Origin: Macrostomum lignano
Lineage: Eukaryota
Direction of reading: 5' to 3'
Length of the DNA: 64,000 nucleotides
Assembly: GCA_002269645.1 (NCBI GenBank)
Contig: NIVC01000178.1
Span: 98,948-162,947 of the forward strand
Part shown: positions 52,223 to 63,980 of the stretch, piece after piece
Position numbering within the stretch: the stretch's first letter is position 1
Layout of the letters: the number at the start of each line of letters is the position of its first letter
The notes under the pieces: generated by a model
What the model saw: the letters and a program-made list of their open reading frames with translations, nothing else
What the model was told of the DNA's origin: nothing
Database searches by the model: none
Made by a program: the position numbers and the translations under genes

Positions 52223-54454
52223 CTAGACGGCAGAGGTAACAGCGTCCGCAGGCGGCGGGGAAGCTAAGAAATCGTCCACAGACAGCTGGTCGCGGCTGTT
52301 CGCGTCGCTGGGGGGGGGAGGGGAGTAGCGGGTGAGTCTTTGGTCTGTTTTGGACTCTTCATCATACTCACTTCTTCGGCTCTCTGCTCCCTACTTCCGC
52401 TTTTCCGCCCCCCCCTTCTGCCCTTTTACTCCCTCCTTCCCCTTTCCGCCCTCCCTCTGTCTTTCCGCCCTCCCTCTGTCTTTCCGCTCCCTCCTTCCTT
52501 CTCCTTTCCGCCCTCCCTCTGTCTTTCCGCTCTCTACTTCCTTCCCCTTTCCGCCCTCCCTCTGTCTTTCCGCTCCCTCCTTCCGCCTTTCCGCTCCCTC
52601 CTTCCTTCTCCTTTCCGCCCTCCCTCTGTCTTTCCGCTCCCTCCTTCTGCCTTTCCGCTCCCTACTTCCTTCCCCTTTCCGCCCTCCCTCTGTCTTTCCG
52701 CTCTCTCCTTCCGCCTTTCCGCTCCCTTCTTCCGCCTTTCCGCTCCCTCCTTCCGCCTTTCCACTCCCTCTGTTCCGCCCCCGATCCCTTCCGCCTTCAT
52801 CCCTCTTTCCGCTATTCCGCTCCTCCCTTCCATCTCTCCACTTCTTCCTTCCGCCCTATCCTCTCGTCTCCTTTCCCCTTTCCCTCATCGATCCGTAGCC
52901 CTTGCTCACCTGTGCCTAGGATTGCCGCAGAACAGCCGGCAGAGCAGAAAGGCAGCCAAAGCAACTAACAAATACACCGCAAATCCGATAGCCAAAGGGT
53001 TTAGAAACTGAGACACCTGATAATTAGCGTGCAGATGAGAGCAGACCGGGCAGACAGATTTAGTGCTCGGCGCCACCTGGACATTGGAGCCTTCACCGCA
53101 GACAGAGTAGCTACCATTGGACGAGTCTCCAGCTAGTTGTTGTTGAGCTATTAAATAATCGCCGGCAAAGCACAAGCAGCTGCGCCTACGCCTTGGCTTG
53201 GGAAAATCTGCCGGCAATGGACAGGTGCAAGCGGGTAGCCACGACTCCCAGCTGCACCAGTGGCAGACGGTGGGCTCCAATGATGACCCGCCGCTGCTGC
53301 TACTACTAGAACTCGGCTCCGACTGTAATGATTTATATCTCCAATCTAGCCGCTTACCTTCACAGGTGTAAGTTGGATCTGGACTGGCTGGGCAATAGCA
53401 GCCTCGACTTCGGCTGGAGTATTTGAATGCTGCGGGCGGCGGTTTGCATCTGACCGGGTTGATTGAGCTCCTGTTAGTCCACCACCTTCAAGCATCCGCC
53501 CCTCTGATTCTGGGCATCCGCCCCTCTGATTCCGGGCATCTGCCCCTCTGATTCTGGGCATCCGCCCCTCTGATTCCGGGCATCCGCCCCTCTGATTCCG
53601 GGCATCCGCCCCTCTGATTCCGGGCATCAACCCCTCTGATTCCAGGCATCTGCCCCTCTGATTCCGGGCATCCGGCCGTCTGATACTGGACATCCGCCCC
53701 TCTGATCCTGGGCATCCGCACCTCTAATTACGGACATCCGCCTTTCTGATTCCGAACATCCGATCATTCCATGCATCCGCCCCTATGATTACGGGCATCC
53801 GCCCATCTGATCCTGGACCTCCGCCCATCTGATCCTGGACCTCCGCCTCTCTGATCCTAGACATCCGCCCCTCACAAACCCAAAACCATACTCACCATCG
53901 GTCTCATTTCCCAACTGTCGAACCAATTCAATCAGGCCATCTGGCAAGCCGCTTTCTAATCCAGATTTCCGACGACACTCGGCAGTCCACGACGACCATT
54001 GAGTCCATGGACACCATCTAGGCGGCGGGAACTTGGAGCCGTCAAATCTCGGCCTGGCTAAGCAAGTTGTAGCAGCCGCCTGCGGCGCTGTGCCAGCCGA
54101 GGACAAGCTGAACGAGACATCTCGCTCATGATCGGAGTTGGACCCAGACGAGTCACTGTCAGGCAGACCAATCTTATTGCGCTGCAAACAGTCAATACCC
54201 TTGGCTAGTTGATCTGCCCGACTGTACAATGTCTTGTGCACATAGCTGTCTACTTGACAACCGGCTGTACCGTTGCAGCACAATCGGCTTTTAGAAGCAA
54301 CGCAGCCAACACCATCGGGTCTGTCTAGGCAGCGCCATTCGCTCCAGTCGCATTTGCTGTTATATGGCCCGCTAGCTAGAGCTGCCGGTATTGATAAAAT
54401 CTGGCAGAGGCTCAGTAGATTCATAGACGACTCCAGATTAGGATTTGTTAACAT
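52223..54454 (-). CDS. Thrombospondin type-1-like repeat type I membrane protein, 4 exons, ~400-413 aa
   Basis: complement(join(52223..52379,52910..53322,53358..53470,53896..54454)). Probable start at 54424 (MNLLSLCQILSIPAALA signal peptide). W/C-rich motifs KCDWSEWRC, WCPWTQWSSW and CHWCSWESWLPACTC...RRRRSC; TM LAIGFAVYLLVALAAFLLC. The last acceptor is weak (purine-rich). Confidence 0.65.
52385..52880. repeat. CT-rich degenerate repeat (TTCCGCCCTCCCTCTGTCT-like) in an intron
   Basis: Fills intron 3 of the TSP1-like gene. Confidence 0.9.
53490..53870. repeat. 22-bp intronic minisatellite (GCATCCGCCCCTCTGATTCCGG)n
   Basis: Fills intron 1 of the TSP1-like gene. Confidence 0.93.
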
Positions 54455-54744
54455 AAAATTTTTAATCTGAAGGCTGCATTATGGCTGTTCAGTCCAAGGA
54501 CTGGGGGGGGGGTCGCCACGGGAGGGGGCGGGTTCACAAACTCGAGATTTCACAACGTCGAAAACTACTGCATAGTTCTTGTTACATAAGTTTTCGACGT
54601 TGTGAAGTTTCGAGCTTTCAAAGTTTCGACCTTGTGAAAGTGGCTGCTATTTAAGTTTTCGATGTTATGAAATTTCGAGCTTATAAAGTTTCGACCTTGT
54701 GAAAGCACCCCGTCGCCAAACACAAACTCAGTTACCCCAGCTAA

Positions 54745-54813
54745 TGCTGGCACCAATTTTACAGCTGGGTGAACTGAAGCAATGCAGAGTTAAGTGCCTT
54801 GCTTAAGTACACA
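54745..54813 (+). mobile_element. SINE central-domain fragment (V-SINE-like)
   Basis: GCTGGCACCAATTTTACAGCTGGGTGAACTGAAGCAATG...AAGTGCCTTGCTTAAGTACACAA resembles the widespread metazoan SINE motif GCTGGTACCCATTTATACAGCTGGGT...AAGTGTCTTGCTCAAGGACACAA (recalled, not searched). Confidence 0.5.
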
Positions 54814-55989
54814 AATTGTTCCAGTGGGATTGGGAACAATAACTACTAACCACTAGGCTATAATATCATTAAAACTGACTTAATAGGCATTGTTGCAAAT
54901 GTTTTGGCTATTCTAGCTATATTGGTTTTTTTATTAGTTCATTATATAAAAGAAAAATATAAAAATGACACTTTTGATATAGAAAAAAGATAAAAAAGTC
55001 ATATCAATAATATTAATTAGTAAATAAACAAGTTTTAGACAAAGTAAATGATAGACATAATGCCTAATGTTATAGGCAAATTTATTATAAAATTTTGAAA
55101 AGTAAAGATACTTAGAAATTAGATGTAATAAGTTTTATAAAATTTTATCATTTGACTAGAGGTCAGAGTCAGACTACATTAAATTTCAAAGATTTTTAAG
55201 ACTAAAGATTTATACTTTTGAGATCCTTAAGATTAGATCAAGATTGGAGATTAAGCCTAATTTACATATAGTAGGCCTATTCTATCTATCAATATTAATA
55301 TTGTTACTTGTTAAATGTATACAATAATGATAATAGAAAGAAAAACAATGATTATTTAATATTAGGGATTGACTGACTGTAATTTTTGTTCATGTGTAAC
55401 TGAAAAACTAGATAGTATGAAACAAAAAGTAACCATAAAATTTTAAACATACATTTAAATTTTAACACAGAATTATTAATATTATTACTATCAGGTCTAG
55501 TAACTTTTACTTATTTTTAAGCCTTGATTCATCATGTTTATTGTTTGACTGTATTTTATTATGTGGCTTTGTTTTATCTATGTTGATTTATTGCAATTTT
55601 GGTTTGCTTTTCACAATTGCTTCCTACTATAGCCAGTCCATGTAAAAAAGGAAATGGTACTTTAGTGCTTTATTGTATGTTATACTTTGACTTAAGAATT
55701 AAGGTTTAATTCACAAAATTCATGAACCATAATTGGCAAAAGACTGCATGATTTTTCTTTATGATTACAGTTTTTTGTAATTGTGACCATGATCATGGTC
55801 AATCCTTATTTAATATTGAACTTGTTAATAACTTGATATATATCAAATGTAAATATAGTAAAAACAGCAAGCTTCTAGTTCTTTTTGCAATTTTACTTTC
55901 AAGTTTGAATCAATGCCACAACATAGTACCTCTCTGAATACTAGATAGAACAGTAGATAAAAACTAGAGGCTAGAGCATTTTTAATAAT

Positions 55990-56281
55990 TAAAAGAAAGG
56001 AGATTGCGAGCATTTTCATTAGAACGATATGTTTCACCTAACTTTAGGCATCATTGGGCAGATTGGAATTTATTTAATTTAAGTCAAAACGTAGAGTATA
56101 AATACATTTCAGTGGCAGATAGTCAGTGATGCACAAAATTGTAATAACAAAACACGGGGGGAGTCAACAGATCAAAACCGAGATAGACAGAGAGAGAGAG
56201 AAAAAAGAGAGAGAGAGCCAGGCAGTGGGTGTACGTTAGAACACTCTCAGGAGAGCACCGGCCCCGGAATAACCGGAATAC

Positions 56282-56313
<32 letters not shown>

Positions 56314-56517
56314 TTCTCTGTCTATCTCGGTTTTGATCTGTTGACTCCCCCCGTGTTTTGCTATTACAATTTTGTGCATCACTGACTATCTGCCACTAAA
56401 ATGTATTTATACTCTACGTTTTGACTTAAATTAACAAATTTCAATTTGCCCGATGATGCCTAAAGTTAGGCGAAACATGTTGTTCTAATGAAAATGCTCG
56501 CAATCTCCTTTCTTTTA
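55990..56517. mobile_element. ~530-bp foldback MITE with ~235-bp inverted arms and (GA)n/(TC)n inner ends
   Basis: 55990-56225 is the reverse complement of 56282-56517 at high identity; TA at both outer boundaries. Confidence 0.85.
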
Positions 56518-57894
56518 CTTCTCATTATCAAGCGTGCTGTTCTACCAGAATTTTTAATAAATAATCATATAATTACAAATCTTAAAATTTTTAAGATCTT
56601 GAATTACCAAGATTGAAATTAAAAAAATGCCAAGATTTTATGATTGAAATTAAGATCAAGATTGAGATCTTGTCTGACCTATAAATTTGACCAATTTTCA
56701 AAAGTATAGTACCTTTTTACTTAGAATATTTAGGAAAATAAATTTTTCAAATTAAATAATAAAAATGTTCAAAATCTTATAGAGCCTAGGAATCTCTATT
56801 CTCTAATTAAGTCAATATTTTTAAAATGCTAAGGCTTTACTCTTTTTAGATAGAATATCCTATGAGTCTATCTTAAGAAAAAAACTTGATTATTTTTTAT
56901 TACTTGATCAATTTTTAAAAGTTTGGTGCCATTTTACTTATAACATCTAGGGCTATGACATGGCATTGCATAGTTGAAAAGATTTCATCTTTTCTCATTG
57001 GATATAAATGTATACAACTTTGGTTTCTTGCAATAAAAATGGTGTCAAATTCTATATCAATCTGAGTTGTGCTATGCAATGAGAGGATAGCACCCAGCAT
57101 GGGTTCCATTAGCCAGTTGATAAGATATAATGCACGTATCAACTATAGAATTTGATATGGTTTTTACTGCAAAGAACCAAATTTGCTGATGTTTGGATAT
57201 ACTACTTTAGGCTTTAAATAAAGTATAATATTTACTTAGTTACCTAGGTTTTCTGGGCCATATAAGGTTTTTGGCCCTTTGAAAAATCTCATTGGGAACT
57301 GGATTTTTTGTATCAAAGGCCAATCTGGTAACTTTATTCTCTTTGTACTAGTTGCCAATTTCAAAAAATGATTTTGTAAATATAAAAAATGGCCATATGA
57401 ACTGATTTTTTTAGCATGGATAGCAATCTTAGAATTAAGAGAACAAATTTCTGCTTTTCAAATGCAGCCTTGGTCAAAGGCTACAATTGGTCAAATCCTG
57501 AAGAATTTGGCTAGTTGCCAATGAGCAACCAAAAATAATCATTGGCAACTGGATTTTGAGCCCAAAGGCTAGCTAGCAACTAGATCAGGGGTTGGCAAAC
57601 TTTTTATCAGTGCGGGCCAGATTGAGTTCTGGGACAGTACCACGGGCCAGAGAAAGAACCAATTTCTTGTTTTCTTTATCCACATTCAAAGTTCAGTGAA
57701 AATTGATTGAAAATGATGTTTTATCAAGTATCCGTATCGTTTATTTATTAAATGATAGCAAGAACAAGCACACAAAAATGAAAATTATGCACTAGTCTAA
57801 TAACATACATTGAATGCAGTACAACTTACTTAATGCATCATCCAAAAAGTTCATTTTCCACATAATTTGACTGAAAATTAGGACTACATGTAAG

Positions 57895-60546
57895 TCAATG
57901 AGATGGATGGTGCTGGTGCTTGCGGATGAGGGACTTCAAGTTGGGAGCCAGAGAAGTGGAAGCCAGCAACAGCACGGTGTTAAGATTGTCATCAGTCAGC
58001 TGAGTGCGCAAGCGGCTCTTGGCATACTTCATTTTGCTAAACAGCTGCTTGCAAATATATGTGCTACCAAAGATAGCAACTACACTGCAAACATGAGCAG
58101 AGAGGACTGGAAAAAGCTCTCTGTCCAAATGCTTGGCGAAGAACTCCAGTGGGGTTGTAGCCACAAACCTTCCTCACAATCCATCGTTGCACTGCAGCTC
58201 GACAACTTCCATCTTGAGAGTCTCTGGGAGGTCATTGATTGATACCGTAAATGGGGTGGATAGGAGTTGAAAATCGCTGTCAAAGTCTCTCACGCATTGG
58301 AACCTTGTCTTGAATTGCTCTCTTAGGCAGGCAATAACTAACTTGGCCTCGTCCCATGGCACAGTTTCCTCCTGAAGAGATGCCAGGTGGGTGAAGGTTG
58401 AGCAGCAGTTTTTCGAGATTTGGTCCTCCCAAAGACGGAGTTTCACTTCAAAAGCTTTCATAGCAGCACACATGCTAGTGATGAGGGAATCCTTCCCCTG
58501 CAGTTTTGTGTTGAGGCCATTGAGCTGTTCCATGACATCAGCTAGGAGTGCTAGTTTAGCCAGCCACCTGGGGTTATTGAACTCCGCAGCGAATTTTTCT
58601 TAGCTAAAAAGGCAGCAACCTCTGACCGCAGGTCCCAGACACGAGCCAGCATGTTGCCATGAGACAGCCAACGTACTTCACAATAGTAAAGAAGATAGCC
58701 ATATGCCACCTCGGCTTCATCCAGGAGAGATTGGAATTGGCGATGGTTGAGGCTGCGAGAAAGAATGCTATTGGTAGCTTTCACAACAGCAGACATGACA
58801 TCGGGCAAGGATGCTGCCTTAGCATATAATGCCTCTTGGTGGATGATACAGTGGAGCTTCTTCACTGTGTGCGAGCTCATCTCCTCTGCACAGCGCTTGG
58901 CAATTAGTGAAGCAGCACCCTTGGTTTCCCCCACCATTGCAGGAGCTCTATCTATTGTCACTGCAACAAGCTTCTTCAGGTCTAGATTGCTAGCTGTGAG
59001 ACTGGCCAAGATGGCATCGGCAATGTCTTTTCCTGTCGATGTGCCTTTTATTTGGACAAGCTGTAAAAATTCTTCTGTTATAGTAAAGTCAGTTGACATG
59101 CCGCGTATACAGATTGCCAGCTGGTTGGTATCCTTGGCATCAGTTGACTCGTCAATGGCCACTGAGAAAACTTCAAAGCGCTGCGAGAGGTCCTGGAATG
59201 ATGCACGAATATCAGCAGACATCTCTTCCATCCTCCTAGAGATAGTTCTTGCAGAAAGGCTCATGGCAGAGAAGGCAGATCGCTGCTCAGGGCACATGAC
59301 ATCCACTGCTGCCAGCAGGCATTCCTAGAGATGTTCCGAAATTTTGATTTCGATTTTGATTTTCCAAAATTCGGATTTTTTTAGAGCAAATTTCGATTTC
59401 GAAAAAAATTCGGAAGTCAAAATTTCGGAAGTGCCTACTTCTTAAGTTTTTATCTGATTTTAGTTTTTTTGTACATGTGGAACTGTAAATTTTTGTAAAT
59501 TTTGTTGCACTTTAAAGCTGCAAAAGCGTCTGCTGATATATTGCATATTTTTCGCATTTTACAGTATATATATATACATTTACCGTGCATGTACATGCAT
59601 TATTGTTTACACAATCTCAGTTATTGCTAGTCATGCAGTGATACATATACATTTTAACTATACATTTTATACATGTACAACTCAGTATACACCCTATACC
59701 CTACCACCTAGATAGATAAAGGCAGAGAAATTTGTTTTGTCTAGCAAGGAAAAGGCGCGCTTTGCTGCCGTGCTTTAATATCGTCTAGTAATGCAATATA
59801 TGCGCCTTAGTGTTTCTTTTAAAGGCACTAGTTCAAATAAATTACTTAACACATTTACAGTATAGCTATGTAGTTTTTGCGTCGCAAAAAAAATTTTGCA
59901 TTTAAAAGTGGCAATGAGGGATTCTACTTATTTAGTGGCCGAAAATAAATGAACTTCTGCTAAACATACATGTATTTTGTTTTGCATGAGCAGTAAATCG
60001 AAAGTAGAAAAGCAAGTGTCGGTTGTACTAAACTTTGTTTTTCTGAATTACGATTTCGGAAAATTTTGATTTTGATTTTGATTTTGGAAAGTAGCAAATT
60101 TTGATTTCGATTTCGATTTTGACAGAAAATTTACTTTCGAAACATCTCTAGGCATTCCTTGATGAATTCCCCATCAGTGAAAGGCTTCATCTTCTTTGCC
60201 ATTACCTGCGAAACTTCAAAGCTGGCTCGAACAGCTTTTCAGTGATTGTTGTACCAAACCTTTGGGGAGCAAAGCTGCTTGCCTGCTGGTTCAGTTGCGC
60301 AGTCAGTCTGGTGATAGCACTCTGGCGAGTTTCAGTGTCCATTGTCACATACTTAGAGGCCTTGTACACAGACTCCCAATGACGGCGGATGTTAGCCTTC
60401 TTGAAAACTGCGACAGTTGCCATGCAGATAAGACACTGTGCCTTTCCATATCTCTCAATAAAAAAATAGTTCTCAGTCCAAGCAGAATTGAATGAACGGT
60501 GCTCCATGTCAACCTTGCGCTTTTTCTGTTGTGGTGCTGAAGCCAT
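57895..60546 (-). pseudogene. hAT transposase pseudogene (GTF2IRD2/EPM2AIP1-like)
   Basis: Segments 60546-60159, 59325-58551, 58533-58174 and 58164-57895 in different frames. Motifs FNSAWTENYFF...CLIC, FSVAIDESTD, HCIIHQEAL, EVRWLS. DGAP is mutated to DRAP and the catalytic CEQLFS to CKQLFS. Split by an 825-bp MITE. Confidence 0.92.
59326..60150. mobile_element. 825-bp hAT MITE nested in the transposase
   Basis: TIR TAGAGATGTT(C/T)CGAAA at both ends; 8-bp TSD GGCATTCC at 59318-59325 and 60151-60158; subterminal GATTTC/GATTTT repeats. Confidence 0.93.
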
Positions 60547-61139
60547 TTTCTATTAGGCTTAGAGTCAATCATTAAAGCAAGCACTTAAAATAAACTTTAG
60601 AACACTATAAAATTGTTATGTTAACAATGCAGTAATAGATACGAGATGTCTGATTATTTAAAAAGTTTTGTATTTACTACAGTTGGGTGAGTGAACTCTT
60701 AGCCTACCGGCTTTTTTACCATTTCTCTCCTTTTTGATTGCAAACTGGGGGGGACGCTAGTTTGAGGCTAAATGTACATTCAGCCTCAACATGACTGTGC
60801 ACACAAACCCTTCCTCTCCCCAATCCTTTTGTGGAAGAGTACAGTAGGGCCTTCTTTCTCCTATAGCCCTTTTACCTCCCTCCATTCCTCTGCCCTTGGT
60901 TGGGCCTTGCTTGGGTGGTGAGTATGGAGTGGAGTTTGTGAAATCTGTTTGCGGGCCCATACATGCGCAACTGCTGGCCGACCTGGCCAATCCGGCCACC
61001 ATAAATCGTGGCTGACCAGGGGTAAGTCGCAAAATTGAGTCAACCAAAAACAGAAAAACACAAGAACCAAGAAAGGCAAGAGGAAAGCGAAAGAAAGAGC
61101 AGTTCAGGGAAAATGGTGAAGCAAAAGAAAAACAATTCG

Positions 61140-61720
61140 CAAAAGAAGCAAACTAAGTTGTAAAAATAATCAGGTAAGTCGCAAAAAGGATCAGGTAAGT
61201 CGCAAAAGAAGCAAACTAAGTCGCAAAAAGGATTAGGTAAGTCCCAAAAAGGATTAGGTAAGTCGCAAAAAGGATTAGGTAAGTCGCAAAAAGGATTAGG
61301 TAAGTCACAAAAGGATCAGCTAAGTCGCAAAAGGATTAGGTAAGTCGCAAAAAGGATTAAGTAAGTCGCAAAAAGGATCAGGTAAGTCGCAAAAAGAATC
61401 AGGTAAGTCGCAAAAAGAATCAGGTAAGTCGCAAAAGGATCAGCTAAGTCGCAAAAGGATTAGGTAAGTCGCAAAAGGGTAAGTAAGTTGCAAAAGGGTT
61501 AGGTAAGTCGCAAAAGGATTAGGTAAGTCGCAAAAAGGATTAAGTAAGTCGAAAAAAGGATTAGGTAAGTTGCAAAAGGGTTAGGTAAGTCGCAAAAGGA
61601 TTAGGTAAGTCGCAAAAAGGATTAGGTAAGTCGCAAAAAGGATTAGGTAAGTCGCAAAAAGGATTAGGTAAGTCGCAAAAAGTAGCAACTAAGTCGCAAT
61701 AAGAGGGAAGTAAGTCACAA
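61140..61720. repeat. 21-bp minisatellite (GGATTAGGTAAGTCGCAAAAA)n inside the element
   Basis: ~25 units; contains AAGTCGCAAAA, the reverse complement of the element's subterminal TTTTGCGACTT motif. Confidence 0.95.
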
Positions 61721-61929
61721 TCAGAGGCAATCAGGGGGTAGTAGGTGCAAGTGTGGCAGGAGAGCAAAAACAGAATAGAAGCCTTCAACAACAGACAAGA
61801 TCTTTGAAATCAGAAGCCCGCGTCAACAGTTTCCCATTGATTTCTTAAACTCTGGAGCAGGGGTTGGCAAGCTCGCGAAGCCCCTCTATCTGGCCCTTGC
61901 CCCTCGGGTTCTTTGAAACTTCCTAACTA

Positions 61930-62793
61930 TGAGGGGCGTCCGGAAAGTAGTGTTACTTTTGCTTGGTGTGGACGTATGGACAGTCACACTTGCATGTACT
62001 TGGTGTCATTTGAAAGCGGCAAGTCTCTTCTTTAAAATGACACCAATTGCAAGAGATTTGAATCTGTGCTTCAAGAGATATGGACAATTAAGTAGAGAAA
62101 GGTCAGCCATAGTCCTCATAGACTTACAGAACCTCAAAAATGTCAACAGAAAACTTTTACGATTTTATCGATTTTTTCGTAATCATGGGCTGTCTATGGC
62201 CAAAAATGATGCAGTGAACGAGAGGGGCTGTCTCATAAAACTACGAGACTTGTAAAACTGCTTCTGCTGCGCCTGCAAAGTTTATTGACATTCAATTTTC
62301 AATTGTGAACTGCAAATGGATGTGCATTCAAAGACTGGGCAGCGACATGCCATCTTTACACTTTGGAGCTCTGGAACCAAATCGGCTGACATCCACAGGC
62401 AACTTTGCACAGCTCATGGCGACTATGCTGTCAGCAAGATGACAAGTCTGCCAACCGATGAATGATTTTAATGTTGTTCGCTTGTGTGATAATTTGCTTG
62501 TTATCTGTTTCACCTGCTTCTGTACTGTACTGTTGTGTTTTTTTGTTTTTTCTGGAGTAATTACGCTCGTGATAAAAGTTTTCTGTTGACATTTTTGAGG
62601 TTCTGTAAGTCTATGACTGACCTTTCTCTACTTAATCGTCCATATCTCTTGAAGCACAGATTCAAATCTCTTGCAATTGGTGTCATTTTAAAGAAGAGAC
62701 TTGCCGCTTTCAAATGACACCAAGCACATGCAAGTGTGACTGTCCATACGTCCACACCAAGCAAAAGTAACACTACTTTCCGGATGCCCCTTG
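61930..62793. mobile_element. 864-bp Tc1/mariner non-autonomous element with ~230-bp TIRs
   Basis: Ends (T/C)(G/A)AGGGGC(G/A)TCCGGAAAGTAGTG; TA at 61928-61929 and 62794-62795. The interior may hold a decayed mariner fragment (weak). Confidence 0.88.
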
Positions 62794-62799
62794 TAGCAA

Positions 62800-63480
62800 G
62801 ATTGGTGTCTCTTCAACTCTCATCTCTCTCTTCTTCTCTACCTTGCCTCCCCTCTTCTCTCTCCCCCCCTTTTCCCTCTTCTCTCTCCTCTCATTTTTAC
62901 TCTCCTCTCTTCTCCCCCTTTCTCTCTACCCTTTCTCCTCAATGCCCTCTTCTCTCCTCTTATCTTCAGCAAAAATATGTGCATATTTTCTTACTTCAAA
63001 GTAGAGGGAATAGAAGATTAGAGATAAGCAAACAGAGGAGAGGCGAGCGATGCAATGGGAGAAAAGATAGAAGAGGAGAGAAAAGCTGAGGGAGGAAAAA
63101 GAGATAAGAGAGAAGAGGAGATGAGAGGAAAGAGGAAAGAAAAGATAATGGATGAGATCAGAAGAGAGGAAAGAGGAAAGAGGAGAGAGTAGATGAGAGA
63201 AGAGAGGATAAAGAGGAGATGAGAGGAGAGTGAAGAGAGGAGAGATGAGAGAGTAGAAAAGAGAGGAGAGATAAGATGAGAGAGTAGAGTGGAGAGAGAC
63301 GAGAGGGAAGATAAGATGAGAGAGTAGAGTGGAATGGAGAGAGACGAGAGGAGAGATAAGAATGTAGAGAGGAGACAGAAGAGGTAGGAGAGGAGAGGAA
63401 AGAGAGGAGAGAGGAGAGGAAAGAGAGAAGGGATAAGGGATGAGAGAGAAAAGAAAAAGAGGATGAGAAGATTGAGGAAT
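62800..63480. repeat. CT-rich (62800-62960) and GA-rich (63080-63480) low-complexity tracts
   Basis: Directly visible composition. Confidence 0.9.
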
Positions 63481-63916
63481 GGAGAGAATTTGCAAAGGCC
63501 TCAAATCTTAGTTTAACATGCATTTACTCCCATCTTTGCCTTTTTCCTAACTGTTAACAAGTTTTTGTTTGAGCATGACTTCAAATTTAGAATCTATGCA
63601 AAAATAGTTCCGGGAATTAGAATTCAGTGGTTTAAAAATCTGTGGGTTTTCACAGCTTGTATCTCTACTGGATTCGTATTCTGCATCTGATGAGCCATCT
63701 GAATCAGGGCTCTCATCTTCTATGCCAAATTGTCTAGCAAATCGTTCTTGAGCTATAGGTCACACTGTATTCACTTCACTTACTTCTGGACATTCATGAA
63801 TCATGACTTTTGTAGTATGCTCACTACACTGTACTGACAATTTACTAATTGCTTCATGCCGCCACTAGATGACATACTGATTAGCTATTATAAAAAACGC
63901 AGAATCTGCACACAGC

Positions 63917-63980
63917 ACTAATTAGCTGGCGAGGCATTTAGCTTTAAAAATATGGTCATAGTTACTCTTGCCGTTTACCT
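63917..63980 (-). other. Second 28S rRNA-derived 64-nt fragment
   Basis: Reverse complement AGGTAAACGGCAAGAGTAACTATGACCATATTTTTAAAGCTAAATGCCTCGCCAGCTAATTAGT matches the same LSU segment at 50/64, ungapped (hand count). Confidence 0.82.

Larger units (their letters stand above)
57586..60957 (-). mobile_element. Buster/Charlie-type hAT transposon, defective; its 5' end is interrupted by an insertion at 60958
   Basis: TIR CAGGGGTTGGCAAAC at 57586 preceded by AACTAGAT (nnnTAnnn, Buster-type target). Subterminal GCGGGCC motifs at ~57613 and 60951. Confidence 0.88.

Noticed and set aside
61858-61900. Second CAGGGGTTGGCAA, identical to the Buster TIR
   Set aside because: Same orientation as the 57586 TIR so it cannot be its partner; no inverted mate or TSD found in the window. 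Left as an orphan end.
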